Notes: generated by a model not told the origin, from the letters alone. A stretch of 64,000 bases of DNA from Candidatus Babeliales bacterium (GCA_963722255.1 CAVRJO010000002.1:640001-704000); one strand, 5' to 3'; counted from the stretch's first letter, positions 42,113 to 52,984 are shown. Translations and numbers: made by a program.

Positions 42113-42915
42113 AAATTCCTTTCATTATTTTTAAGATGCAAACAATATGTTCTTCGTTCATGACATGAGGGATGATCAGAAAACAATCCATAATAAGCAT
42201 TATGCAAGGGCATATTAAACTCTTTTTGCCAGCGATCAATAATCTTGAGTGCTCCATCATAGACTTTCAGAGTAGCAAGAGCTCTAGAATCAGCAACCCA
42301 TTCAATATACCGTTTATAAGCAAAACTACCAAGGACTGGAAATAAACAACCTACATAAACTAAACAACAGAAAGTCAGCAGTGCAAATTGACGACTGTTC
42401 CTAAAAGTAATAAGACTTTGAATAAAAGAAATAAAGGGTTTTTTTGTAAACCAATAAAACAGAATCAAAAACAACCAAAAACTATATACTATCAAATTCA
42501 AATACTGCGTATGATGCTCTTGAATATGTACAAGCTCATGACCTATTAAAAAGCGCTGTTCTCCTTCTGATAGATCTTCAAAAAACCCTTCGCTGACAAA
42601 TAAAAATGGCGTGCTGCAAAGAGGCAAGAAGTTAAGAAAATTATAAAAATAGACAAAGGCATTACAGTAGCCAAACTGTAGCAAAGCAGTACGGTTCATT
42701 TTGCGTATGATAAACTCTTGGTCTATTTTCATTTCTTGCGCTATGAGCCTAATTTTTTCTTCTCTTTCAGCACTCAATGCCTGTGTACCAAATCTTTGCT
42801 GAGCCTGCTTTATCGCATAATCATAGACATATTGTGCAAGGTAGCTCTTAAAATAAAAGGCTCCAAGCATCAAAGATAGAGTAAATAATAGTAAAATTGT
42901 GTTTGTTCTTATCAT
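42109..42915 (-). CDS. M48-family zinc metalloprotease
   Basis: NAF, GHELVH, EWVAD, DHPS..ERR. Confidence 0.85.
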   Translation of the reverse strand: MIRTNTILLLFTLSLMLGAFYFKSYLAQYVYDYAIKQAQQRFGTQALSAEREEKIRLIAQEMKIDQEFIIRKMNRTALLQFGYCNAFVYFYNFLNFLPLCSTPFLFVSEGFFEDLSEGEQRFLIGHELVHIQEHHTQYLNLIVYSFWLFLILFYWFTKKPFISFIQSLITFRNSRQFALLTFCCLVYVGCLFPVLGSFAYKRYIEWVADSRALATLKVYDGALKIIDRWQKEFNMPLHNAYYGLFSDHPSCHERRTYCLHLKNNERNL

Positions 42916-43080
42916 GATAAGTTTAATGATAGCATGTTTTTATTAAAAAAAAAGTTATTTCTTTTTGAAACATTGAAAATAGAATATAGGCAAAAACTGG
43001 GCAATCTAAAGATTGTCAGCCCAGAGCATTAATCATAATATTGTTTACAATTTGTAACAAAATAATAAATCTTAAGCTTC

Positions 43081-44634
43081 CTAAAGAGCCTCCTGAACAA
43101 AATCTATATGCATCTTTTTTTTGACCTGATTAAATGCTAATCCAACCAGAACAACAGCTCTTTCCTTATGCAAAAAACGTTCATAGTAACCGCGATCTTT
43201 AATTTGCTTAAGAGCAATCTCAGGAGAACTATTTATTTTTAACTCAAATAAATAATCATGCGTCTTTGTACTTACTACCATATCTATACGTCCTTTATTT
43301 GTTAAAAATTCTGATTGAGCTTCAAGTGATAAGAGACTTAATAAAAATTGAAACAAAGCATGATAATAATCCTCTTTATCAATCGTATAGGGAACATGCG
43401 CAAAAAGTGTTTGTAGTACTGCACAAAATTGTGTAATATCATTATTTCTTAATGCATCTACAAGTTGTAAACCTAATGTATCCAGAACAATCCTAGAAGT
43501 ATGAGCAAGAGATGTTACCAAAAATCGTGTAAAAGATAGTTCGACTTCACGATCGGGAAAATTAATCTTTAATTTACCTGTTTTTTCATCATAATCTTTG
43601 ATTGTTAGATACCCAGTTTGAAATAATAAAGGAACCAAAGGGATATTTTCTAAATCAAAATTGCCTAAACTGTCTTGATCGATTTCAGTCTGGTTAATCT
43701 TTTCAAGATATGTGTAATGTTGCCTTAATAAGTGTATAAGAAAAGAAGGCGTCCCTGATTCAAACCAGTAATTATAAAACTCCTTATCATGCAAACAATA
43801 AAGCACAGAGAATGGATTATAGACCATTTGGGGTATTTTGGAAAATCTATAGCCATTATACCATCGCTGTAGTTCCTGCAATATAACCTGTGTAGAAACA
43901 TTATTTTTTTGCGCAAGAGCTTCAAGATATGGTTTAAAATTCTCCTGAATTTCTTCTTGTGTATAGCCTAAAACAGCAGCTGCTTCAGGTTTTAACGTAA
44001 GATCATTTAAGTTATTTATACCTGAAAAAAGAGATGTTTTTGAAAATCTACTGACTCCGGTTAAAAATACAACTTTAAGATAAGGATCAAGTCCTTTTAT
44101 AGCATCATAAAAACTTTTTAGAACAGCACGTTGCTTCTTTGCTCTTTCTATAGAATGAAGATGATCAAGAATGGGCTTATCATATTCATCAATGAGAATC
44201 ACCACTTTATTTTTTTTTGATAGCTCAACAACTAATTGTTCTAACATCGAACCCAGCGTAGGAGGCCAATCAATGTTTATGCCATATTTTTGCGCAATTG
44301 TTTTTAACTTCCACGCAAGGCTTATTTTTAACTCTTGGACGGTTTCATGATCAATAATCGAAAAATCAAGATGTATTACCGGATGTTCCTGCCACTCAAA
44401 ATCAGATTTATAAATCCATAACCCTTCGAATAATTTTTTGTTTCCTAAAAAGAGTTCTTTTAGGGTTGAGATGAGCAATGATTTTCCAAATCGTCGCGGT
44501 CGTGATAAGAAAAAGTACCTTCCACCTCGCGCAAAGAGGTTGTATATATATTCCGTCTTATCCACATAAAGATAGTTACCTGAAATCATCGTTTCAAAGG
44601 TACTTACATCGAGCGGCAAATATTTATTTTTCAT
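43081..44634 (-). CDS. AAA-ATPase-like protein with C-terminal PD-(D/E)XK nuclease
   Basis: YVDKT, RPRRFGKSL, LIDEYD, YNPFS, GRIDM...FELK. Confidence 0.9.
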   Translation of the reverse strand: MKNKYLPLDVSTFETMISGNYLYVDKTEYIYNLFARGGRYFFLSRPRRFGKSLLISTLKELFLGNKKLFEGLWIYKSDFEWQEHPVIHLDFSIIDHETVQELKISLAWKLKTIAQKYGINIDWPPTLGSMLEQLVVELSKKNKVVILIDEYDKPILDHLHSIERAKKQRAVLKSFYDAIKGLDPYLKVVFLTGVSRFSKTSLFSGINNLNDLTLKPEAAAVLGYTQEEIQENFKPYLEALAQKNNVSTQVILQELQRWYNGYRFSKIPQMVYNPFSVLYCLHDKEFYNYWFESGTPSFLIHLLRQHYTYLEKINQTEIDQDSLGNFDLENIPLVPLLFQTGYLTIKDYDEKTGKLKINFPDREVELSFTRFLVTSLAHTSRIVLDTLGLQLVDALRNNDITQFCAVLQTLFAHVPYTIDKEDYYHALFQFLLSLLSLEAQSEFLTNKGRIDMVVSTKTHDYLFELKINSSPEIALKQIKDRGYYERFLHKERAVVLVGLAFNQVKKKMHIDFVQEAL

Positions 44635-44875
44635 TCTTTACTCTTTAAAAATGTCTTTATTACATAAAGGTTTGATTACAGTATATAACAAGAGCTCTCA
44701 TAAAGTATATACGCTCCCCTGTAGCTCTCAACAATGTACAAATCGAAAAAAATGTCACAGATTTGCTATTTTATTAATTTTTTTAAATATTTACAAATTG
44801 AAACTATTTTTGGTATGCTTAGTATAGAATTGGGTGTTTTATGCCCTTAAAAAGATTAATTTCATGGAGATTTGT

Positions 44876-45700
44876 ATGAAAAACCATTATTCAATAAAAA
44901 AAATAAGTATATTAATTGTTATGTTCGTAAGCTTTCAAGCGTATGCGCAACAAAGAGTACGTTCAGCGGGAAGAGCATATGTAGGAAAGTATGTTCGTCC
45001 TAATTCAAAATCATCATTACGCTATTTTGCAACCAGTCCTGAAAGAAGATGTATAACCGGAACAAAAACAACAACGCCTTCATCTGCAAAATCGCTCACT
45101 CCTAAACGAGAACTTTCAATTGGCCAAATTGGAACAGGTCTTTGGAAAAAAGCACGATGGGGTTTCACATCACGTGAAGATAAAAAGACTGAACTATTTA
45201 CTGCTTTGGCATCTAATATACTACATAGAAATGCTGATAATTCTCTTACATCAATTATAAATCTTTTTAAATCGGAAGATTTGCTTAATGAACCACAAAC
45301 AGAAGGTCATGCTTTAACCCCTTTAGATTTAACACCTTTAGCATTTGCAATCGAATTCAGTAGCAATAGTGATACTGACTACCAAAAAAACCTAATCGAC
45401 GCACTTGTTGAAAATGGTGCTCAACTTCATGGCACCAAAGAACTTGACTTAGCATTTAAACATTATAATTTAGGTGCAATTCAAGCATTACTTCCTTATT
45501 ACTCTGAAAGTGCTCTTTCTGATTTTTATTCAAGAGTAAGAAAATCAATCGAAGCTCAAGAGAAAGAACTCGATATGGCTCAGGGCATTAATTATAAGAA
45601 ATTACTACAAAAGAGAATCACAAAACTTAAAAGAATTGAACAATTACTTGAAACCAAAACGACCTTTTTCCCGTTTGAAAAAGAAAGTGAACTAAAATAA
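44876..45700 (+). CDS. Secreted ankyrin-like protein with an Arg/Ser-rich segment after the signal peptide
   Basis: GGAG before ATG at 44876; TPLAFAI...LIDALVENGA. Confidence 0.7.
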   Translation: MKNHYSIKKISILIVMFVSFQAYAQQRVRSAGRAYVGKYVRPNSKSSLRYFATSPERRCITGTKTTTPSSAKSLTPKRELSIGQIGTGLWKKARWGFTSREDKKTELFTALASNILHRNADNSLTSIINLFKSEDLLNEPQTEGHALTPLDLTPLAFAIEFSSNSDTDYQKNLIDALVENGAQLHGTKELDLAFKHYNLGAIQALLPYYSESALSDFYSRVRKSIEAQEKELDMAQGINYKKLLQKRITKLKRIEQLLETKTTFFPFEKESELK

Positions 45701-45730
45701 GTAATTACTCTTTAAAAAAAGGAATAGATT

Positions 45731-46117
45731 ATGGAAATCTCAAAAAAACTCATTGTAAGCATTATACTACTTGCATCTTTCATTAATGCATACGGAGTGC
45801 GCATTACCAATAAAGGCACTCAAACAATAACAGTAAAAATTGATGCATATGTAGATTTATCAGACATATACATTTCTACTCAAACAGTAGCTAATCTAAA
45901 ACCTGGCCAAACAGTCGAAAGAGAAATAAGAGGAAAGTATATTTATATTCTTCAAGGATTAGGAAAGGCTTCTCTTATTCCAATAACTAATGGAATAACC
46001 ACAGGAGAGAATTACGGTAAGTTCATTCTTCCACCGCGCACTGACATTATTGAGTTTAATTCGCAACCAGATCCAAAAAACAGTAAGAATTTACAATGGT
46101 CTATTACTACCAAATAA
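45731..46117 (+). CDS. Small secreted beta-rich protein, family member 5
   Basis: ITNKG.QTITVKID; NLKPGQ; IYIL; PDPKNSKNLQWSI. Confidence 0.75.
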   Translation: MEISKKLIVSIILLASFINAYGVRITNKGTQTITVKIDAYVDLSDIYISTQTVANLKPGQTVEREIRGKYIYILQGLGKASLIPITNGITTGENYGKFILPPRTDIIEFNSQPDPKNSKNLQWSITTK

Positions 46118-46183
46118 TACCCAATAAATGAATTTATTTAATTGTATGCCTTAAAAACTATTTTAAAAAAAAGGGAATATGTT

Positions 46184-46618
46184 ATGAAAACTTCAATAAA
46201 ACTCATTGTAATCATTATACTCATTGCTTCTTTTACAAATGCATATGGAGCCCGCTACTATATTACCAATAAAGGAGCTCAAACAGTAACGGTAAAGCTT
46301 GACGTTGTTGAAAGAGATGAAGATTTCGAAGTATATTATTTTACCTTAACAGCAGATAATTTAAGACATGGCCAAACGGTAGAAAGAGATGCCGGTGGCG
46401 GTAAATATGTTAACGTCGTATATCTTCTTCCGGCAGGTTCTGGAAAGTTGCCACTTTTGCCAGTAACAAATGGCATGAAAAACTCTGGAGATAAATTTGG
46501 TAAGCTTGCCCAATCACTAGACAAAGACCATAAAGATTACACTATTGATGTAATTTCAAAGCCTGACCCAAATAATCCAAAAAACTTATTATGGACTATT
46601 GATGCAAAACCAAAATAA
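46184..46618 (+). CDS. Small secreted beta-rich protein, family member 6
   Basis: YYITNKG.QTVTVKLD; DAGGG; VYLLP; PDPNNPKNLLWTI. Confidence 0.75.
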   Translation: MKTSIKLIVIIILIASFTNAYGARYYITNKGAQTVTVKLDVVERDEDFEVYYFTLTADNLRHGQTVERDAGGGKYVNVVYLLPAGSGKLPLLPVTNGMKNSGDKFGKLAQSLDKDHKDYTIDVISKPDPNNPKNLLWTIDAKPK

Positions 46619-46631
46619 GGCATAGTGTAAT

Positions 46632-47006
46632 TTACAATTCTGTATATTTAAGTGTTTTGCCTTTTGATTTTTCAACCGGATATTTTTTGCCATTCAATGC
46701 CATTTTTTCATGGACAGCTTGTGATAAATCAATGTTGTTGGTAACGCAAAATTCTAGAAGTAGAATTGCAACATCTGCAACCTCTTGCTCTATTTCTTTG
46801 CGCTTAGTTTCAAAAACTTTGTGCGATTCGGATGATTCAACCCAAAGAAAATGTTCCATCAATTCAGCAGCTTCACATGAAAGTGCCATGCTTACATTTT
46901 TGGGCGAATGGAATTGAACCCACTCACGCTCTTGCATAAAGTCATTAATAAATTTCTTGAGATTGGTAATAGTAGTATTCTGATCGTGCATAGAATAATC
47001 CTTCAT
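46632..47006 (-). CDS. MazG-like nucleotide pyrophosphohydrolase
   Basis: REWVQFHSPKN, EAAELME, EVADV, KYP. Confidence 0.9.
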   Translation of the reverse strand: MKDYSMHDQNTTITNLKKFINDFMQEREWVQFHSPKNVSMALSCEAAELMEHFLWVESSESHKVFETKRKEIEQEVADVAILLLEFCVTNNIDLSQAVHEKMALNGKKYPVEKSKGKTLKYTEL

Positions 47007-47014
47007 GCAAAAAA

Positions 47015-48322
47015 TTATGATAAAACCACCGGCGTTTCAACATGTTCCTGATAAATAAGGACTTGGATTACTCTCTTGTGACTTGCCTTTTGAACCTGGA
47101 AATAATAGTGCTTATATAAAATTCGTTCATCTTTTTTTGGTAATCTTTGCAACTGTTCCATTAGAAATCCACCTAACGTGAAAGCATCTTCTACTTCAAA
47201 GGTAATACCAAGCAAAGGAGATAGCTCATCAAGGTCAACCGATGCGTCAACCAACCAGCTACCTTCTTGAAAAGGAACTATTTTTTCAGTTATCTCTTCA
47301 TATTCATCGCTAATTTCACCAACAATTTCTTCAAGTACATCTTCAAGGGTAACTAACCCGGTAACATTTCCATATTCATTTATTACCATTGCCATATGCA
47401 TTCGTTCAACTCTAAATTGACGCAATAACTGATTAATCTTCATCGCTTCAGGTACAAATAGTATTGGACGTACCAACTCTATGAGTGATTTATCTTCACC
47501 TTTTGAAAGAAGTGCAAAAATATCTTTTTGATAAATCATGCCAATTACATTATCAGGATTATTTTCATACACAGGAAGACGCGAAAATTGGTACGTAGAA
47601 AATTTATTAAGGGCATCTCGTAAGGTTTCTGTTGTACCAATCATGATGATATCAATCATGGGCACCATTATTTCTTTTACCGGCTTACTTCCAAAATTAA
47701 AAATGCTCTGCAACATTTCTGTTTTTTCGGTTTCGATCAAACCTTTTTTATTGATATAATCAATTAAAAACCGAATTTCTCGTTCTGAAGTAACAAGTTC
47801 AGTTGACTCAGTTGAGCCGCCTACCCAAGAAACAAAAAGATCTGATACCATAATTAAGAGCTGCACAAAGGGATATAAAATATAAAACGTAAGATTCGTT
47901 ATCCAAAGTGAAGATTTAAACAGCTTTTCTCCATGAATTTTAGCAATATTTTTTGGGATAACTTCCCCAAACAAAAGAATAGCAAAGGTACCAAAGCCAA
48001 TACCAACTGAAAAACCAAGCCCGGATGATAAATTCAACCGGGCAAAAACTTGTTCCATGATAGTTGTAATGAGCGCCGATGTTGTTACATTGGCCAAACA
48101 ACTGGCAATCAAAATGGTAATAAGAACTTGATGGGGGTTTTCTTCCAATGTTTCAAATAGTTTTTTATAACGCGTCGTTGACGTTGCAAGCTCTTTGAGC
48201 TTAAACAAACGAAGAGCGGTTACCGTTGTTTCAAGAAATGAGAAAAGTGCACATCCTAATAATGATACAACAAATCCTGCTATTTCACTATACAACAAAC
48301 TCGAAAAATTATCTGGTTCCAT
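47015..48322 (-). CDS. HlyC/CorC-family CBS-domain membrane protein
   Basis: FSFLET, GEVIPK, FSRLPVY, GLVTLEDVLEEIVGEI.DE. Confidence 0.92.
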   Translation of the reverse strand: MEPDNFSSLLYSEIAGFVVSLLGCALFSFLETTVTALRLFKLKELATSTTRYKKLFETLEENPHQVLITILIASCLANVTTSALITTIMEQVFARLNLSSGLGFSVGIGFGTFAILLFGEVIPKNIAKIHGEKLFKSSLWITNLTFYILYPFVQLLIMVSDLFVSWVGGSTESTELVTSEREIRFLIDYINKKGLIETEKTEMLQSIFNFGSKPVKEIMVPMIDIIMIGTTETLRDALNKFSTYQFSRLPVYENNPDNVIGMIYQKDIFALLSKGEDKSLIELVRPILFVPEAMKINQLLRQFRVERMHMAMVINEYGNVTGLVTLEDVLEEIVGEISDEYEEITEKIVPFQEGSWLVDASVDLDELSPLLGITFEVEDAFTLGGFLMEQLQRLPKKDERILYKHYYFQVQKASHKRVIQVLIYQEHVETPVVLS

Positions 48323-48356
48323 CTGCTCTTTTTATCCTTTTTCCATATAGTATATA

Positions 48357-50348
48357 TTACTCCAAAGAATCATTTGAAATAGTATCAAATTCTTTATCAA
48401 AAAACGATTCTAATTTTTTACTGCGTGAAGGATGGCGTAATTTACGTAATGCTTTAACTTCAATCTGACGAATACGTTCACGAGTAACAGAAAAATCTTT
48501 GCCGACTTCTTCTAAGGTATGCTCTGAAGCCACATCAATACCAAAACGCATTTTGAGCACTTTTTCTTCTCGCGGTGTTAATGTCTTTAAGCACTTCACG
48601 CACTCGTTCTTTAAGGTCATTACTTGCTACGGTATCTGCCGGAGAAAATTCATTTTCATTTTCAATAAAGTCTTTAATAAAAGCATCTTCACTATCACCA
48701 ACAGGTGTTTCTAAAGAAATAGGCTCTTTAGAGATTTTGATGATATTTTTGATTTTCTTCTCATCAATGTTAAGTTCTTTTGCCAAGTTCAGCATGAGTA
48801 GGTTCACGGCCATGCTCTTGTAAAAACGTACGTTTAATTTTGTTGATTTTATTCAATGTTTCAACCATATGTACCGGAACACGAATGGTACTTGATTGAT
48901 CGGCTATAGCACGAGTGATCGCTTGTCGAATCCACCATGTTGCGTAGGTTGAAAATTTATAACCACGCTCAAATTCAAACTTTTCAACTGCTTTCATGAG
49001 GCCGATGTTACCTTCTTGAATTAGATCAAGAAAGTGCAGGCCACGATTAATATATTTTTTTGCAATATTTACCACAAGACGTAAATTTGCCTTTGCAAGG
49101 TCATCTTTTGCAATTTTATCTTTAGACTGACTTACCTTAAGCTGCGTATAATATTTAACAATCAGATCATACAAGAGCCCCATTTCTCCTTCAAGCTTTT
49201 TTATAGCTTTTTGAGCTGATCTAATTAAACGATCATTTTCCTCAATATCGGCAAGAATCTCCGGGGTCTGTTGTTTTTTTTTGAAATAGTTCTATTGTCT
49301 TTTTATAGCGCTCAATATCCTGAAGTTTTTCATTAATTTTATTAACCGTTTTTTCAATACGGTTAGCCATTTTTCTAATAAGCTTATTTGAAATCTTAAT
49401 AGACTGAATGGTTTCAGCAATCTTTTCCTTGTTCTGCTTTACCCGGTCAAGCATCTCTTTCTTTTTAGCTTCAGTATCAAGTTTGCCGCGATAACTTCTA
49501 TAGATCTTTTCTTCATTATCAATCAAATCAGCAATTACTTTTATTGTTGCCAATAAAGCATCTTTTTCTTCTTGAACCTTAGGCAAATTCTCCTGATCAA
49601 ATTCGGAAAATTGAATAACATCCTTTAAAGGAACTGATCCTTTTTGAAGTCGATCACCAATCGAAACAAACTCCTTATGCACAAAAGGAAATTTGGAGAT
49701 CGATTCAATTGATCCGCTCTTGCCACTGGCAATTTGCTCAGCAATAATTGATTCAGTTTTTTTATTAAGCAAAGGTATTTTACCAATGTCCCTCAAATAG
49801 CATTTTACCCCATCAGCTATTTGAGCTGAAGAAACGGCTTCTTTTATTACGCGTTCTTCATCTTCAACATCAACATCATCTTCTTCATCGATAACATCTT
49901 CATCCACATCAAGATCAAGAGAATTTTCAATTTTTTCTTTAAGGTTTTTACTTTTAAGCGGTTCGTCTTCTTTTTCAAAATCATGAAGATCAGCTGCATT
50001 AGCATCCAACTCTTCTTGCATTAAAAGTTCAATATTTTCTTTATCAAAAATACGCATTAAATTATTGGTATCTTGATCAGATAATTGGTGCTTATGGCTA
50101 AACTCCATTATTTCTTCATACGTCAAATAGCCTAATTTTTTGCCTTTAGCAATCAAAGGCTCAACAAGAGCTTTTTTAACTTCAATACGTGCATTGGGGT
50201 CAAGATTTTCCTCGTCTTGATACACATCTTTTACAACTGCTTTCTGATTTTTTTTTGCAGAAACAGTTTTTTGTGTTATCTCTTTTCCATTAACTTTTGT
50301 TTCTTTTTTTTGGCTCACGTCGGTAGACTTTTTTGTTTTTTTTACCAT
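48357..50348 (-). CDS. rpoD: RNA polymerase sigma factor RpoD, split by three +1 frameshifts (about 49263-49282, 48778-48784, 48586-48588)
   Basis: [64 protein letters not shown]; follows dnaG. Confidence 0.92.
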
Positions 50349-52126
50349 TATGCCCCTTTGTTTATTACTAATTTATTTTTAAATTTTTGAAAATCATGTA
50401 ATAATTTTTGCACTAAATTTTTATTACCTTCTTGTTCCGCTTTGGCCAATTTTAGTTTAAAAACCGCAACTAACGTTTTCCAATGTTGTTTTTGAAACTG
50501 AGCAAAAAGATGATTAAAATTTTCTTTAGGAATATACTCTTGAAATTCTAACAAGAGCTTACTGACCAAATCCTTTTGCCAAGGTTCAAGCAAATCAAAG
50601 AAATTAATAAAATCCCGAGGAGAACTACTTTTTTCTATATGTTCAATTTTTTTTAAAATTTCCTGCAATGGATTACTAAAAAAATCAATAAAGTGCCAAT
50701 CTTCCTCTTGTAGTATCCCGATATTATTTATTATAACAGAAAATAATTTCTTTTCCAACTCTGATATAGTTTTCAACGAAACAGAAGCGGGTTCACTATG
50801 CTCCAGGTTGGACGGCGGCTCTCGTCTAGGCACCTGACTAACCTCAAATAACCTGGTCAACTCTTTTTTTAATGAATCAAGGGGTATATCGCATTTTTTA
50901 GCTGCAGTTTGTAATAGAAAATCCCTTTTTAATGGCTCTTCAATCGCCATAATAATTTTTAACAACTGTTGGGTTGAACGAACTTTTTCATGCAGATTTT
51001 TATGAGAAAAATCAACGCCAAGCATACAAATAAAAAAATTAAAAATATCCTGAGCCTGATCAACAAGAAGATTTAAATTGCCACCAGCAGAAAGAAAAGA
51101 GGCCGGATCTTCATTTTTAGGCAATTGCACAACCCTAAGCTCTACATTGACCTGCCAACACAGCTCTGTTAGGCGCAAAATGGCCTTTTGTCCAGCCTCA
51201 TCACCATCATACACTACAAATAACGTATAGGCGTACCGGCCAATCGTTTTTAGATGTTCAAGAGTGCATGCAGTGCCCAAGGTTGCGACAGTGTTGATAA
51301 AACCATGCTGAACCATTGCAATACAATCAGTATACCCCTCCACCAGAAAAGCCGCTTCTTTTTTTTGAATGGCTGTTTTGGCCAAATCAAATCCAAACAT
51401 TAAAGAACCTTTAAAAAAATTGGGATTCTCTTTTGAATTATAATATTTAGAGCGTTCATCATTGGGTAAAAATATTCTCCCTCCAAATCCACAAAACCTA
51501 CCCAGATGATCCTTGATAGGAAAAAGTAATCGCTCTTCAAAAGGAGAATAAAGATGGCCTTTGCTCTCGGTTATTATATGAACTTGCAAAAGATCATGAG
51601 CCATATAATTATGTGATTTAACAAAATCTAATAGTGATTTTATTGCCCTACTACCGCTTGGAAAATATCCCAATGAAAAAAGGCTGATTGTATTCTTATC
51701 TATCCCCCGTTGTTCAAAATAGCTCATCGCTTGAGATGATTTTAAAAGATTACCGTGACACCATTGCGCAACCAGCCCGCATAAATCCCAATACTGTTTC
51801 TTTTCGTTCAAATGCTGATCATTATTTTTAAAGCTTGCTTCATTCTGTTCCGGCAACGTTAAAGAATATTGCTCAGCTAAATGATACACTGCCTGAATAG
51901 GAGAGATATTTTCCGCTTTGGCTACAAAGGCTATAACATCTCCACCAACATGACACCCAAAACAGTAAAATATATTTTTATCGGGACTTACGGTAAACGA
52001 TGCTGTTTTTTCAGAATGAAAAGGACAACATCCTTTCCAATAATTGCCCGTCTTTCGCACAGTTGTGTAATGGTTAACAACATCAAGGATGGGTAAATGG
52101 TTTTTTACATAGGTAAAAAGATTCAT
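50348..52126 (-). CDS. dnaG: DNA primase
   Basis: CPFHSEKTASF, CFGC, GFGGR, KYYNS, VEGYTD, YDGDEAG, DP. Confidence 0.96.
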   Translation of the reverse strand: MNLFTYVKNHLPILDVVNHYTTVRKTGNYWKGCCPFHSEKTASFTVSPDKNIFYCFGCHVGGDVIAFVAKAENISPIQAVYHLAEQYSLTLPEQNEASFKNNDQHLNEKKQYWDLCGLVAQWCHGNLLKSSQAMSYFEQRGIDKNTISLFSLGYFPSGSRAIKSLLDFVKSHNYMAHDLLQVHIITESKGHLYSPFEERLLFPIKDHLGRFCGFGGRIFLPNDERSKYYNSKENPNFFKGSLMFGFDLAKTAIQKKEAAFLVEGYTDCIAMVQHGFINTVATLGTACTLEHLKTIGRYAYTLFVVYDGDEAGQKAILRLTELCWQVNVELRVVQLPKNEDPASFLSAGGNLNLLVDQAQDIFNFFICMLGVDFSHKNLHEKVRSTQQLLKIIMAIEEPLKRDFLLQTAAKKCDIPLDSLKKELTRLFEVSQVPRREPPSNLEHSEPASVSLKTISELEKKLFSVIINNIGILQEEDWHFIDFFSNPLQEILKKIEHIEKSSSPRDFINFFDLLEPWQKDLVSKLLLEFQEYIPKENFNHLFAQFQKQHWKTLVAVFKLKLAKAEQEGNKNLVQKLLHDFQKFKNKLVINKGA

Positions 52127-52128
52127 GA

Positions 52129-52908
52129 TTATACTACCCGAGTGGCGGTACTTTTTGATAAAGAGCAAAAGAAAAATAAAGCACAGGCAAAAAGAATTAT
52201 GCCCAATGCAATAAGTTGGTGGTCTGAGTAAAAAGCAATGCGCGTCAAAGAATAGGTTTGATCGTCTCTAAAAAAATCAATAATAAATCGCTCAGACCCT
52301 GCAAAAAATAGATAAGAGGCAAGAAGTTGTCCCTTATTTTTTAAAAAGCGCTGAAACCACATTAAAAAACAGAAGATTAGCGCTAAAATGAAAGCGCTAT
52401 AAAGCTGGGTAGGATGAAGAGAGACACCTAAAGGGGCCATACAGCCATGATTGGTATACGTGACAGCCCATGGCAACAATGATTCCTTACCGTAACAGCA
52501 TCCGGACAAAAAACATCCTAGGCGCGAGATTGCTTGCAATAGTGGCGTATATAAGGCTACTCGGTCAAGCAAAGGCAAAATTGGCACCTTGTACAATTTT
52601 AAAAGCAGGGGCATAACAAATAAAACAGCCAGTATTGAGCCTAAAACAGCAAATCCACCATACCAAAATTCAAAAAAATCAAAAAAGGATTCTGAGTGAT
52701 TAGTTGCAAAAAATAGCAGCCTTCCTCCCAAAACTCCACATATAATGCCGATAATAAGAAGTTTTTGAAATCGATCATCATCAATGAGCAAAGATCGTTT
52801 TTTGTCGTTTGAAAGTAACCCTCCAAAAACAAGAAGCCCCAAAGCTATACAAAAACCATAACTTTGGATAAAAAATGGCCCATAAATGTGTAACAGCTTT
52901 GGATACAT
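52129..52908 (-). CDS. lgt: Prolipoprotein diacylglyceryl transferase
   Basis: SYG, GGR, RLGCF..GCCYG, HPTQLY, RF..DFFR. Confidence 0.92.
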   Translation of the reverse strand: MYPKLLHIYGPFFIQSYGFCIALGLLVFGGLLSNDKKRSLLIDDDRFQKLLIIGIICGVLGGRLLFFATNHSESFFDFFEFWYGGFAVLGSILAVLFVMPLLLKLYKVPILPLLDRVALYTPLLQAISRLGCFLSGCCYGKESLLPWAVTYTNHGCMAPLGVSLHPTQLYSAFILALIFCFLMWFQRFLKNKGQLLASYLFFAGSERFIIDFFRDDQTYSLTRIAFYSDHQLIALGIILFACALFFFCSLSKSTATRVV

Positions 52909-52984
52909 AACTCACATATCTGCTTAGAGAGAAAATCAACAAAATAAGTATACCGCACTCTTAAAAAAAAGAATATAACCCTCT

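Noticed and set aside
44680..44730. Repeated agtatata / agctctca upstream of the AAA-PD-(D/E)XK gene as a second phased array
   Set aside because: Only two copies each with inconsistent spacing; plausible by chance in AT-rich DNA
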